The position numbers and the translations under genes are program-made. A stretch of 64,000 nucleotides of DNA from Pirellulaceae bacterium (GTDB taxonomy: Bacteria > Planctomycetota > Planctomycetia > Pirellulales > Pirellulaceae), in contig JALOQX010000002.1 in NCBI GenBank assembly GCA_025459265.1, positions 1,945 through 65,944 on the forward strand, in the 5' to 3' direction. Positions 18,577 to 28,393 of the stretch are shown here, piece after piece (within the stretch, counting starts at the first letter, position 1; every line of letters begins with the position of its first letter). The notes under the pieces were generated by a model. That model was not told the DNA's origin. It made no database searches and saw only the letters and a program-made list of their open reading frames with translations.

Positions 18577-20412
18577 GTGTTCACGTATCTAACCTTACTC
18601 AACGGCGCCCAGGCGGGCCACAGCTACCTGCTGCTCAAGGAGGGTGAGAACCTGATCGGTCGCGGTCTGGACTGCCATATCGTGTTGAACGATCCGTTGA
18701 GTTCCCGCGTCCACGCCATCATTGCGCGACGCGACGGAGCGTGGCACATCCGCGATGCGGCGAGCCGGAACGGCACGTACGTCAACGGTCAGAAGGCGGA
18801 CGAAGCGCAGTTGATCGACGGCTGCCAGGTGAAGATCGGCACGACGGAGTTTTCCTTTCACGAGTCGCCCTCGCGGCCGACGGACGTGACCTGTGTGGAC
18901 ACGGCCCTCACGCAGACCATCGTCCGGGATACCCCGGTGCAGGCGGGGGAGGGCGTGGACAAGTTCTGGGCGGCCCTGGAGGACCCCGATCGCGCCCGCG
19001 ATTTCCTGATTCTGCATCAGCTCAGTTTGCGGCTCCTGGGGATCGAGGACCCGGACGAGGTGGTCCGCGTGGCGCTGGAGCTGCTGCAGCACCGTACGGC
19101 CGCGTCGGTCGTCGGATTCCTGTGGCTCAGCGACGACGGCGAGCTGAAGCCGAAGCAGCTGTTCCCGCCCGACGCGTCGGGCAAGGTGGGACTGAGCAAG
19201 TCGCTGACCGAGGTGGTCTGCCGCAAGCGGCACGCGGTGTGGATTGACAACCAGTCGGTCTCCCATAACACCAGCACACTCGATCATTTCGCCGACGCGA
19301 TGTGCGTGCCGTTGGTGCACGAGAGCACCACGCTCGGCGCCCTGCATCTGTACTTGGAGCGGGGGCGTTTCACGCAGAGCGATTTCGACGTGTCGATTTC
19401 GCTGGCCAATATGCTCGTGGTGGCCCTGGTGCGGGCGCGACAGCAGGCGATCCTGGCAGCTAAGCACAGCCGGCTCATGGCGAAGTCCGCGGACTTCGAT
19501 GAACTCATCGGCGACAGTCCGCCCATGCAGCGGCTCAAGAACAAGATCAGCCGCGTGGCGCGGGCCAGCGGCTGCGTCCTGATCCGGGGCGAAAGCGGTT
19601 CCGGCAAGGAGCTGGTGGCGCGCGCGATTCATCAGGCGAGTGCCCGGGCGGATCGGCCCATGTTGTCGGTCAACTGCGCCGCCATCCCCCGCGAGCTGAT
19701 GGAAAGCCAGCTGTTCGGCCACAAACGCGGCGCCTTCACCGGTGCGGATTCCGATCACCCGGGCTGGTTCCGGCAAGCGCACTGCGGCACGCTGTTCCTG
19801 GATGAAGTCGGCGAATTGACGCTCGAAGGACAGGCCAAGCTGCTGCGGATCCTCGAGGGACATCCGTTTCTTCCCGTGGGGGCCACGCAGGAAGTGAGCG
19901 TCGACGTGCGGGTGATTGCGGCCACGAATCGCGACCTGAGCGAGAACGTGCGCGAGAAACGGTTCCGGGAAGACCTGTTTTATCGTCTGAGCGTTTTCGA
20001 GCTGTACGTGCCGCCGCTGCGGGAGCGGGGTGACGATATCGAGCGGCTGGTCCAGTTCTTCCTGGAGCACTTCAAGCTCCAGCACGGGCGACCGCACCTG
20101 ACGCTCTCGGAAGCCGCCCGCGCCCGGCTCCTGGCCTACCCCTGGCCCGGCAACGTGCGGCAGCTGCGCAACGTCGTGGACAGTGCCGTGGTGATGGCCG
20201 AAGGGGACGTGATCGAGGCGGGGGACCTCGGCCTGCGCGACGCGTCCCGCGATCTGGCAGGGGATTGCCTGAAGATCTCCGCCTGGGAACGCCGGCTGAT
20301 CCAGGAGGCGCTCAGCCGCACGCACAACAACGTGCCGGAAGCCGCCCGGCTGCTGGGCATCGGCCGCGCCACGCTCTATCGCAAGCTCGAGGAATACGGC
20401 ATCACGCGGTGA
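18577..20412 (+). CDS. Sigma-54-dependent transcriptional activator with N-terminal FHA and central GAF-like domains
   Basis: The FHA region reads NLIGRGLDCHIVLNDPLSSRVHA...NGTYVNG. The AAA+ motifs are GESGSGKE and GAFTGA. The C-terminal HTH is AARLLGIGRATLYRKL. The start codon is GTG. Confidence 0.92.
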   Translation: MFTYLTLLNGAQAGHSYLLLKEGENLIGRGLDCHIVLNDPLSSRVHAIIARRDGAWHIRDAASRNGTYVNGQKADEAQLIDGCQVKIGTTEFSFHESPSRPTDVTCVDTALTQTIVRDTPVQAGEGVDKFWAALEDPDRARDFLILHQLSLRLLGIEDPDEVVRVALELLQHRTAASVVGFLWLSDDGELKPKQLFPPDASGKVGLSKSLTEVVCRKRHAVWIDNQSVSHNTSTLDHFADAMCVPLVHESTTLGALHLYLERGRFTQSDFDVSISLANMLVVALVRARQQAILAAKHSRLMAKSADFDELIGDSPPMQRLKNKISRVARASGCVLIRGESGSGKELVARAIHQASARADRPMLSVNCAAIPRELMESQLFGHKRGAFTGADSDHPGWFRQAHCGTLFLDEVGELTLEGQAKLLRILEGHPFLPVGATQEVSVDVRVIAATNRDLSENVREKRFREDLFYRLSVFELYVPPLRERGDDIERLVQFFLEHFKLQHGRPHLTLSEAARARLLAYPWPGNVRQLRNVVDSAVVMAEGDVIEAGDLGLRDASRDLAGDCLKISAWERRLIQEALSRTHNNVPEAARLLGIGRATLYRKLEEYGITR

Positions 20413-20413
20413 C

Positions 20414-22015
20414 CTACATCAGCTCCTCGATGCTGCTGATCAGCCGGTCGATCACCGACTCGTCCGTCTGAGGGTTGTAAAACACCGCTTTCCAGGCCGG
20501 CAGCGGAATCCCGTGCGGCGTGTAGCCCATGGCGGTGGTGAACGTGAGACGCGCGTCGCGCTGCAAATCGAGCGTGGCTTCACGCTTCTCGAACAGCCGC
20601 TGGATCTCGCTGAAGTACCGCCGGCAATCCGCGGCCTGCAAGGCACCCGACTCAATCCGCGCCAGGATCTCCCCCGCGTTGCGGCCGTGCGGCAGCACCC
20701 ACCAGACGACCGTCGGCCCCGGGGTCTCCAGGTTCAGCACCTTGCAGTAGTCGAGCTGTTCGATCCGCTCTTTGAGGACCCGCGCCATGTCGATGGCGTG
20801 CGCCACGAGCAACTGGTACCCTTGCAGCCCGATGCCGTTGAGCGACGCCATCACCGTGTACGGCCCGATCGCCGGACGGGAACACTCGAGCGTGAAGAGT
20901 GCCGGGTCATGGCGATAATCGGCTTCACAGAAGTACGGGACGTCCTCCACGTTGCGGAACAGACGGGCCAGGTCCTGGCGCCGATTGACGATGAAGGCAC
21001 TGGACGGATAGTGCCCCCACCCCATCTTGTGGAAATCGATCGTCACGGAATCGGCGTGCCGGATGCCCGCCGCCCGCTGCTGGGCCTGCTGGATGAACGG
21101 CAAGGTCTGCGGGTCAATCCCCAGGGGATTCGCGACCGTGTCGTACTCGGTGAGGAAACACACGGTCCAGCCCGCGGCCGCGTCGACGTGCAGATGCGGC
21201 GTCACGGCCCCGTGCTGCTGGGCGGCCCGTTCGAGGATCGCCCGCATGGCGGCAATGTCATCGATCCCGAAGGCGTCGGTGGTGCCGAAGGTAGCCATCA
21301 CGAACGCCACACGCGCGCCGTCACGATAGAGACGGTGCAGCGTCTCCTCCAACAGATCCAGACGCATCGCGCACGCGCGATCGGTCGGGATCGCGTGCAG
21401 ATTGCCCGTGCCGATGCCCAGCCAGCCGGCCAACGTGGCATTCGAATAGTGCGCCGCCCCCGACACGATGCCGACAACGCGGTGACCGGCCAACCCGTCG
21501 CGCATGGCGTGCGGCACCACCTTCTCGATCCCCAGCTTCCCGCCATAGAGGTTCGAGATCGTGCCTCCCATCGTGAAGACGCCCCACGGCGAATCGGTGT
21601 GGTAGAAGATCAGGTTTGCCAGGGCCGTGATCGCCTTGACCTCCAGTTCGTTGGAACGCAGGCAGTACGTGTCCACACACAGGTTGGGGTTCTTGAGCAG
21701 GCATGCCAGCGCCCCGATGAGCGACGCGAAGTTGGGTGGTCCTTTCACGTTTTCCAGGTGGAGTTTCGAATACCAGCTGTCGGTGCCCCAGAAAAAGGGA
21801 AACACCGCGTCCCGCGCGTCCTTCAGGTTGCCCGGCAGGGTGTGAATCTCCGGGTTGGCCTGCGCCGTCTCGTAGTTGCGCGACATCAGGCCGCCGGGAG
21901 GCAGTGTCGCTTCGGCCTCCATCGCCGAGAGCAGTTCATCGAAAATCTCCGAAATCTGCCGGCGGTTGCAGACGAAAAAGGTCTTCACCAGCTGATCCAG
22001 ACGTGCACGGTCCAT
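20414..22015 (-). CDS. Group II pyridoxal-phosphate-dependent decarboxylase
   Basis: The PLP-lysine context is SVTIDFHKMGWG and the length and overall layout fit group II amino-acid decarboxylases. The substrate cannot be assigned. Confidence 0.85.
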   Translation of the reverse strand: MDRARLDQLVKTFFVCNRRQISEIFDELLSAMEAEATLPPGGLMSRNYETAQANPEIHTLPGNLKDARDAVFPFFWGTDSWYSKLHLENVKGPPNFASLIGALACLLKNPNLCVDTYCLRSNELEVKAITALANLIFYHTDSPWGVFTMGGTISNLYGGKLGIEKVVPHAMRDGLAGHRVVGIVSGAAHYSNATLAGWLGIGTGNLHAIPTDRACAMRLDLLEETLHRLYRDGARVAFVMATFGTTDAFGIDDIAAMRAILERAAQQHGAVTPHLHVDAAAGWTVCFLTEYDTVANPLGIDPQTLPFIQQAQQRAAGIRHADSVTIDFHKMGWGHYPSSAFIVNRRQDLARLFRNVEDVPYFCEADYRHDPALFTLECSRPAIGPYTVMASLNGIGLQGYQLLVAHAIDMARVLKERIEQLDYCKVLNLETPGPTVVWWVLPHGRNAGEILARIESGALQAADCRRYFSEIQRLFEKREATLDLQRDARLTFTTAMGYTPHGIPLPAWKAVFYNPQTDESVIDRLISSIEELM

Positions 22016-22042
22016 GGGATGCGTGACCTGCGTGAAAGGGTT

Positions 22043-24697
22043 TCAATGTGCGGGGACGCCCGTCCCACCGGGCGGGTCGACCAGCGCGCGGGTGTTCCAT
22101 TGGCGTTTGCCGCCGATCTCCTCCACACGCAGCACCAGCGTCCTGCCGGCCAGCGCCGCGCCATCCGGCAGGACAAACGTGTGCGTGGCGTGACCGAGTG
22201 GCAAGTCCAGGATCTGGTGCCGCAGACGGCGTCGCCCGGGTGCCTGCAGGTAGCAGTTCACGCTGATCGGAGTCGCCGTCGTGTTCGTCACACGTTGTTC
22301 GACCCGCAGCTGTCCTGCCGCATCGAGCCAGCTGTCCAGCGCCAGCAGCACGTCGCCGGTGCCCACCTGGACATCGCGGTAGACGCGAAACTGGTGCCGC
22401 CGATCGGCCGCGACGTCGCATGCGATCTCGATCCGCTGCAGTCCCTGGTCGGCGTCGGGATGCAAGCGGACGACCAGCTCCCGCGTCACCGACTCCTGCT
22501 CGGCCAGACGCAGCGGCGGCAGCTCACCGCGCAGGTTCCAGGATGCGGGCGCGCGGACCGCGCACGTCCCTTCCACGTCGCGCGGAAAGGTGTTCTCGGT
22601 CGTGAGCCGCAGGACCTCCGGTACCCCATCGCCGGTGGCCAATTGCGCCGGCTCCAAACTGCAATGCAGTTGCCACAGGATCAGTGGCAGATCGAGCCCG
22701 GTGAGGAACAGGGGCATGGGTCCCGTGACCACCGACTGCGCCGGCATGCCGCTCACGTCCGTCGTGGCCACGGCGGTCTCGCGACCCCAAGGGTCGACCT
22801 GTCGCGCCGCGTCCCCCAGATACATTGTCTCGGTCACGGTGCGATCATTCCAGACGACCATCACCGCCGTGCCGTCCCGCGCGAAGACCTGGTTGGGACT
22901 GCCCTGGGGAAGCACGATCGAACCGAGGTGCTTGGCGCCGCCGAGCAACTCCGCGGTCACACACCAGGGGAGGTACAGCGCGGTCGGGGTCCCCTGGCGA
23001 CATAACAGACCGTGGTCCTCGTCCAAGGGGTCGTGCACGGCGATCACCCGATGACCCGATTGCTTGGCGGTCACCAGCCGCAGCACCAGGTCGCGGGCGC
23101 GAATTGGGGCGGAGTAATGCGTTGCCGACAGTGGCAGGAGTGTCACCCACTGCGCCGCCGCGCCATGGCCGATTGCGGCCCCATAGCGCCCCAGCTCCTC
23201 GGCCGTGAAGGGAAGCGGTTCCGACCGCGCGACGAAGTCCCACGGCAGGTCCGCCCCGCCGGGAACCGGATACAACCAGGGCCAGGCGACGCCGAGCCGC
23301 ATATAGTGCCCCTCGCGCCGCCAGCGCTCGCGCACACCGCGAACCAACTCAACACAGTGCGGATCGTCGGCGAAACTGCCGTCGCCATCGGCGCCCAACT
23401 GCCAGTGGGAGACGGTCAGCCCCAACCGTTTGAGCAGCGGATCACACGTGGCTGGCCCGAGCGCGGGATTGCGGAACCAGTCGCGGGCCGGCGGTGGTGC
23501 GAGGCGGTCCGACGCCGCGGCGCGACTGGCGATCGATGGACCCAGCACGCCTACCATCTGGATGCCCTCCGCGCGCAGCGACTCCGCCAGCAGCGCCAGC
23601 TGTTCGAGATCGGGGTGGGCGTCAGGATCGGCGGGAAGCGGATATTTGAGCCATCCTACCTGGGATTGCCGCAGCACAGCGACGAGCTGACTGGGGGACA
23701 CGGAGCGGTTGACGTCGGGAAGCGACCAGGCGAACTCGGTCCCCGCGGGCCGCGGGCCGACCCGCATCACTGCGAGTTCCACGGTGTGCCGCCACACGAC
23801 CGTGCCGCGCTGGAGCAAGGTGCCGCGTACCGTGTAATGGCCCGGCGCGGGTACCGCCGGTCGCCACGTCACGGCACGCTGCCATCCACAGAGGTCGGAT
23901 GGCGCGGGCGGCGCAGGCGCCGTCGACGGCTCGGTGCCCTCAACCACCACCTCCCCTGCCGCGACCGGCGCCAACGCCAGCTCGGCCGTGTCGTGCACGA
24001 CGCCGTACACATCGAGCAACTCGAGGCGGACGGCCAGTTCCCGGTCGGGCAGTCCCGCCACGCCGCAGTCAATGGTGACCGCGTCCGGATCGCGAAACAG
24101 GTTGTGTGGCTGGGCAGTCGCCAGCACCATGTACGGCAGTCGCGCCAGACAGATGTCGTCGAACAGCGCCGTCCCCACCAGGTCCGCCTGCGCGGTCGGC
24201 GCGACGTGCACCCCCACCACGGCGTAACACACGTCGGTACTGGCTGGCCGCACCGGCCCGATCTGGACGTCCCGCCAGTCCGCCGCCTGGGTGAGCGCCG
24301 GGGACTGATGCGCTTCTTGCTGCCGCCGCTGAGCGTCGAAAAACGTCAGGCTGTAATACACGATGTCGTGTTTGAGTCGTCGCGTCTTGATCCGGCCGGC
24401 GAGCAGATAGGAGAACCGGGGATCGACGGGGATGGGTGGGCTGAACAGCGTGGCGGCCCCGCCGTCGAGCGTGATGCGGAGGCACCGCGCGTGCTCCTGG
24501 TCCGGGTCGTCCGCGATTCCGATGGCCAGGTATTGGGGAAAACCCTCACCGCGTCGCCGCGTCCAGCCGTCGGGCCAGGTGTCATAGTTCGTGTCACTCT
24601 CCTCGTCAAAACCGGTCGCGAACACCGTGTCACCCTGCGGCGCGGTGGGCGCGCCGTTGGCGACGGCTAGAATGAGGGCGATCAGCCAGAGGTTCAT
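22043..24697 (-). CDS. Large secreted hypothetical protein (884 aa)
   Basis: It has an N-terminal signal peptide (MNLWLIALILAVANGAP) and non-repetitive, protein-like composition throughout. It lies 28 nt upstream of the decarboxylase on the same strand. I recognise no catalytic motif. Confidence 0.75.
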   Translation of the reverse strand: MNLWLIALILAVANGAPTAPQGDTVFATGFDEESDTNYDTWPDGWTRRRGEGFPQYLAIGIADDPDQEHARCLRITLDGGAATLFSPPIPVDPRFSYLLAGRIKTRRLKHDIVYYSLTFFDAQRRQQEAHQSPALTQAADWRDVQIGPVRPASTDVCYAVVGVHVAPTAQADLVGTALFDDICLARLPYMVLATAQPHNLFRDPDAVTIDCGVAGLPDRELAVRLELLDVYGVVHDTAELALAPVAAGEVVVEGTEPSTAPAPPAPSDLCGWQRAVTWRPAVPAPGHYTVRGTLLQRGTVVWRHTVELAVMRVGPRPAGTEFAWSLPDVNRSVSPSQLVAVLRQSQVGWLKYPLPADPDAHPDLEQLALLAESLRAEGIQMVGVLGPSIASRAAASDRLAPPPARDWFRNPALGPATCDPLLKRLGLTVSHWQLGADGDGSFADDPHCVELVRGVRERWRREGHYMRLGVAWPWLYPVPGGADLPWDFVARSEPLPFTAEELGRYGAAIGHGAAAQWVTLLPLSATHYSAPIRARDLVLRLVTAKQSGHRVIAVHDPLDEDHGLLCRQGTPTALYLPWCVTAELLGGAKHLGSIVLPQGSPNQVFARDGTAVMVVWNDRTVTETMYLGDAARQVDPWGRETAVATTDVSGMPAQSVVTGPMPLFLTGLDLPLILWQLHCSLEPAQLATGDGVPEVLRLTTENTFPRDVEGTCAVRAPASWNLRGELPPLRLAEQESVTRELVVRLHPDADQGLQRIEIACDVAADRRHQFRVYRDVQVGTGDVLLALDSWLDAAGQLRVEQRVTNTTATPISVNCYLQAPGRRRLRHQILDLPLGHATHTFVLPDGAALAGRTLVLRVEEIGGKRQWNTRALVDPPGGTGVPAH

Positions 24698-24750
24698 AAC
24701 GGGCGCTCCGCCCCCGGGGCAGGGCAGGTCGTGAGGAAACGGGTGGATCC

Positions 24751-25536
24751 GTGCAGTATTTGAAGATCGGCATCGCGCTGGCCAGTCTCCGCCAACCGTT
24801 CAAGAAAGCCTTGCATACTGCCGCGCAGCTGGGCGCCCAGGGGGTGGAAATCGACGCGCGCAGCCAGGAATTCGCCGCGGAGCTGTCGCAGACCGCCGTG
24901 CGGCACATCCGGAAACTGCTGGATGATCTGAATTTGCGGGTCTGCGCGGTTGCGTTCCCCACGCGTCGCGGCTACGGCGAGATGGCCGATCTGGACCGGC
25001 GCGTCGCGGCGACACGGCGGGCACTGAAGCTCGCTCATCAACTTGCCGCGCCCGTTGTGGTCAACCAGGTGGGCCGCGTGCCGGAAGATCCCGCCGATCC
25101 CGTGTGGGGTCGGCTGGTCGAGACGCTGGCGGATGTCGGACGCTACGGTCAACACGTGGGCGTGTGGCTGGCGGCCCAGACCGGTGCCGAACCTGGCGCA
25201 CGCCTGCGGCGGTTGTTGGATGCCATCTCGTCCGGCGGCGTCGCTGCGGATCTGCACCCGGGCCAACTGATCATCAACGGCTTCTCGGCCCGGGAAGCGG
25301 CCACTGAGTTGGGGCCGCATGTCCGGCATGTGCATGTGTCCGACGCCGTGCGCGATCCGTCCCGGGGCCAGGGCGTGGCCGTGTCGCTCGGCCGCGGGTC
25401 GGCGGATCTACCGGAATTGTTGAGCGTGCTGGCCAACCATGAGTATCAGGGCTTTTTCACCGGCGAATGCCCCGGAAGCGACGATCCGATCAGCGAACTG
25501 ACGCACGCGATCCAGTACCTGCGCAGTCTGGGTTGA
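24751..25536 (+). CDS. Sugar phosphate isomerase/epimerase (xylose isomerase-like TIM barrel)
   Basis: The translation (LKIGIALASLRQPFKKALHTAAQLGAQGVEID...) and the ~260-aa size fit this family. The start codon is GTG. Confidence 0.8.
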   Translation: MQYLKIGIALASLRQPFKKALHTAAQLGAQGVEIDARSQEFAAELSQTAVRHIRKLLDDLNLRVCAVAFPTRRGYGEMADLDRRVAATRRALKLAHQLAAPVVVNQVGRVPEDPADPVWGRLVETLADVGRYGQHVGVWLAAQTGAEPGARLRRLLDAISSGGVAADLHPGQLIINGFSAREAATELGPHVRHVHVSDAVRDPSRGQGVAVSLGRGSADLPELLSVLANHEYQGFFTGECPGSDDPISELTHAIQYLRSLG

Positions 25537-25554
25537 CGGGGGCCCGCGGGGCCG

Positions 25555-26265
25555 TCAGGCCGTGGCGAAATCCCGCGCGGCCCACGCTGCCAGGACCAGG
25601 CACGCCGTCTCGATCCGAAGTGTGCGGGGACCGAGCGACACGATCTGCCAGTCGCGGGCGCGGGCCGCACCTTGTTCATCCGCGGTCCAACCACCCTCCG
25701 GCCCCACCGCCACGAACCATCCGGAGGCGGCGGCAGCCGCGCCGTGTGGCGGGTCGCCGGCCGGATCGGCCAGCCAGCGGCACGCGCCGGCCGGCGCAGC
25801 GGCCAGGTACTCGGCCAGCGTGACCAACGGGGCGACTTCCATCAGGCGCAGGCGACCGCACTGCTTCGAGGCCTCGATCACGCTGCGCCGCAGGCGTGCT
25901 GCAGCGTGTGGATCGGGGTGCACGACACTCCGCTGCGTGCGCAGCGGTACGAGGCGGGTCGCGCCGAGTTCGACCAGTTTCTCGATCAGCCACCGCTGCC
26001 GGTCTGCCTTGGGGAGCGCCACTCCGACGACGAACTCACCCGGTAGTTCGCGGTCGACCGGGCGGCCATGCCGCACCCGCAGTGCGGCATCACGGCGGCC
26101 AAGCCGCTCGACCCGGGCGACGTACTCGCAGCCCGAGCCGTCAAAGAGCAGCACCTCATCGCCGATCGCGGCGCGCATCACGTGCAGCAGATGGTGAGCT
26201 TCGGAGCCGGTCAGAAGAACCTGGTCGCCAACGATCGGCGCGTCGACAAAAAACCGCTGTCCCAT
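25555..26265 (-). CDS. rsmE: 16S rRNA (uracil1498-N3)-methyltransferase
   Basis: The N-terminus RFFVDAP...LTGSEAHHLLHVMR and the C-terminal GPEGGW motif are present. Confidence 0.9.
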   Translation of the reverse strand: MGQRFFVDAPIVGDQVLLTGSEAHHLLHVMRAAIGDEVLLFDGSGCEYVARVERLGRRDAALRVRHGRPVDRELPGEFVVGVALPKADRQRWLIEKLVELGATRLVPLRTQRSVVHPDPHAAARLRRSVIEASKQCGRLRLMEVAPLVTLAEYLAAAPAGACRWLADPAGDPPHGAAAAASGWFVAVGPEGGWTADEQGAARARDWQIVSLGPRTLRIETACLVLAAWAARDFATA

Positions 26266-26508
26266 GGTGGCGAGGCCCCATGATGTTGACGCCTGTGGTT
26301 ACTCGCGGTCGCCCGCCAGCGGGCACGTACGCTGACGCAGTATAGATTGGTGCCGCACCCCAGACACAGGCGTACACTGACCACTTCCCCGGTCCCCGCC
26401 GACCCTGTGTCGGCGGCTCGTTGGACTGGTGAGCTACGCGGCGTGCAGCCAGTACCGCAATTACTTAGAGCCCCTCAAGTGTCGGGGCAATTGCATGTAT
26501 CCCCCGTC

Positions 26509-26679
26509 CCTTCGTAGCAGATGATCTTGCGCTCCAACCGGGCGAGCCGGTTGGGGGCGGACCGCGCGTGATCGGGTCACGTAGCCGATGATCTTGCGCT
26601 CCAACCGGGCGAGCCGGTTGGGGGCGGGTCACGTAGCCGATGATCTTGCGCCCCAACCGGGCGAGCCGGTTGGGGGCGG
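26509..26679. repeat. Three tandem copies of a 47-nt hairpin-containing repeat
   Basis: The unit is gtagc(a/c)gatgatcttgcgc(t/c)ccaaccgggcgagccggttgggggcgg, at 26514..26560, 26581..26627 and 26633..26679. Each copy contains the inverted repeat ccaaccgg-gcgag-ccggttgg. Confidence 0.9.
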
Positions 26680-26863
26680 AGGGGGAGGGGTGTCTCCGTT
26701 TCGATGAAAGTCTCTGGGGCGCTTATGCCGAATAGGGAAAGAATAACGGCTGCGTGCCGCCGCGTCGCCGGTTCGTGGTCTGTCTGGGGGGCCGTACTGT
26801 CACCGAATGGACCTGGGCAGGCTGCGCGGTGCAGGGCGCGCGACGACCGGAGGATCCACCACA

Positions 26864-27658
26864 ATGTATCAAGCACATTGGGGGCTGCGACACGCGCCTT
26901 TCCGCGGGGCGGCGGATGCAGGGGGTTTCTACTGCAGCCCGACCCACGATGAGGCCTTGGCACGCCTGCAGTTTCTGGTGCAGACGCGACGACGCCTGGG
27001 ACTGCTGCTGGGCGGACCGGGCACCGGCAAGACACTCCTGCTGGAAGTCGTGGCCCGGCAGTGGCGCGGCGATGGGCACGAAGTCGCCGTCGTCAACCTG
27101 CTGTCGCTCGGCGCGCGCGAGTTCCTCTGGGAACTGGCCGTCCAGCTGCACCGCAATCCGCAGCCGAGCGAAGCGCCCTTCCAGCTGTGGCGGCTGGTCG
27201 TCGACCGGTTGGAAGAATTCCGCTATCAGCAACTGCCGGTCATCCTGTTGCTCGATGACGCGGACGACATGCTGCCCGAGATCACGCCGCTCATCCTGCG
27301 GCTCCTGCACCAGCACGCCACGGCGCAATCGACGCTGACCATCGTCCTGGCCGGTGATCCGCGCCGGCTGCGGCAACTCGACCGCCGACTGGTTGACCTG
27401 GGCGAATTGCGGATCGAGCTCGATGCGTGGGAGCCGGAGGACACGCAGATGTTCCTCCAACAGAGTCTGGCCGCGGCTGGCCGGGACCGGTCGGTATTCG
27501 ACACCGCCGCCGCGACCCGTTTGCACGAACTGGCCCGTGGCAATCCGCGCCAGGTGGGGCATCTGGCGGAACTGGCGCTGGTCGCCGGTGCGGGCCAGGG
27601 CTTGGCGCAGGTCGACGCGGCCACGGTCGACGCGGTGTTTGCCGAACTGCGGATCTAG
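26864..27658 (+). CDS. ExeA-like AAA+ ATPase (AAA_22 type)
   Basis: The N-terminus reads MYQAHWGLRHAPF. Walker A is GGPGTGKT and Walker B is ILLLDDADDM. The N-terminus and size resemble ExeA/GspA-type ATPases. Confidence 0.8.
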   Translation: MYQAHWGLRHAPFRGAADAGGFYCSPTHDEALARLQFLVQTRRRLGLLLGGPGTGKTLLLEVVARQWRGDGHEVAVVNLLSLGAREFLWELAVQLHRNPQPSEAPFQLWRLVVDRLEEFRYQQLPVILLLDDADDMLPEITPLILRLLHQHATAQSTLTIVLAGDPRRLRQLDRRLVDLGELRIELDAWEPEDTQMFLQQSLAAAGRDRSVFDTAAATRLHELARGNPRQVGHLAELALVAGAGQGLAQVDAATVDAVFAELRI

Positions 27659-27799
27659 TGCCCACGATCGCGTGTGCGAATCCGGGTTTCGGGTTGCCGC
27701 ACGATCCGCTTCGGGCCAGTGACCCGTTGGGGGAATGGTCGCGCAGGCGAAGCGACCCAAGGGCCTGCCAAGCTGGCGACGGGAGAAAACGTCGCTAGA

Positions 27800-28393
27800 A
27801 TGTGGGACGCGAGCGGCACAGCCGTGCCGCCGGGAGACCTGCCCAACATGCCGACTCAAAGCCCGGAACCGGGAAGCAATGAACACCTGGAGATCGATCT
27901 GCGACAACCCGCGTTGGCTGCGTTCTGGGGGTGGTTGTGGCCGGGGGCCGGGCACTTGTACCAGCGTCGGTACGCCAAGGGTGTCTTGTTCATGGTCTGC
28001 ATCCTCTCGACCTATGTCTACGGGTTGATGATGGCCGGCGGCCGCGTGGTGTACGCGTCCTGGACGGGCACGGAAAAACGGTGGCAGTACTTCTGCCAGC
28101 TGGGTGTCGGTCTGCCGGCGCTGCCGGCGCTGGTGCAGGCCCGCCGTCTTGCGCGGGGCCAAAAACCGCTGTTGGGTGGCATTATGGCTCCCCCGCGGAC
28201 CGACCCGTTCACGGGGGTGGACCAGCTGTCGCAGTGGCACCTGGAGCACAAGCTGTATTTTGACCTGGGGACGCTCTACACGATGATTGCCGGCTTGCTG
28301 AATGTGCTGGCGATTTACGACGCCTATGCCGGGCCCGTGCTGATGGCCGTGCCCGAGAAACGCGGGAAACGCGCCGCCGCGGACTCGTCCTAG
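27800..28393 (+). CDS. Hypothetical polytopic membrane protein
   Basis: It has hydrophobic helices (AAFWGWLWPGAGHLY, VLFMVCILSTYVYGLMMAG, YFCQLGVGLPALPALV, LYTMIAGLLNVLAIY). The start is ATG 27800 or ATG 27848. Confidence 0.6.
   Translation: MWDASGTAVPPGDLPNMPTQSPEPGSNEHLEIDLRQPALAAFWGWLWPGAGHLYQRRYAKGVLFMVCILSTYVYGLMMAGGRVVYASWTGTEKRWQYFCQLGVGLPALPALVQARRLARGQKPLLGGIMAPPRTDPFTGVDQLSQWHLEHKLYFDLGTLYTMIAGLLNVLAIYDAYAGPVLMAVPEKRGKRAAADSS

Noticed and set aside
26509-26679. Possible mini-CRISPR array (three direct repeats).
   Set aside because: The repeats are 47 nt and the 'spacers' are only 5 and 20 nt. No cas genes are in the window, and each repeat is itself a strong palindrome. This is tandem REP-like structure, not CRISPR.
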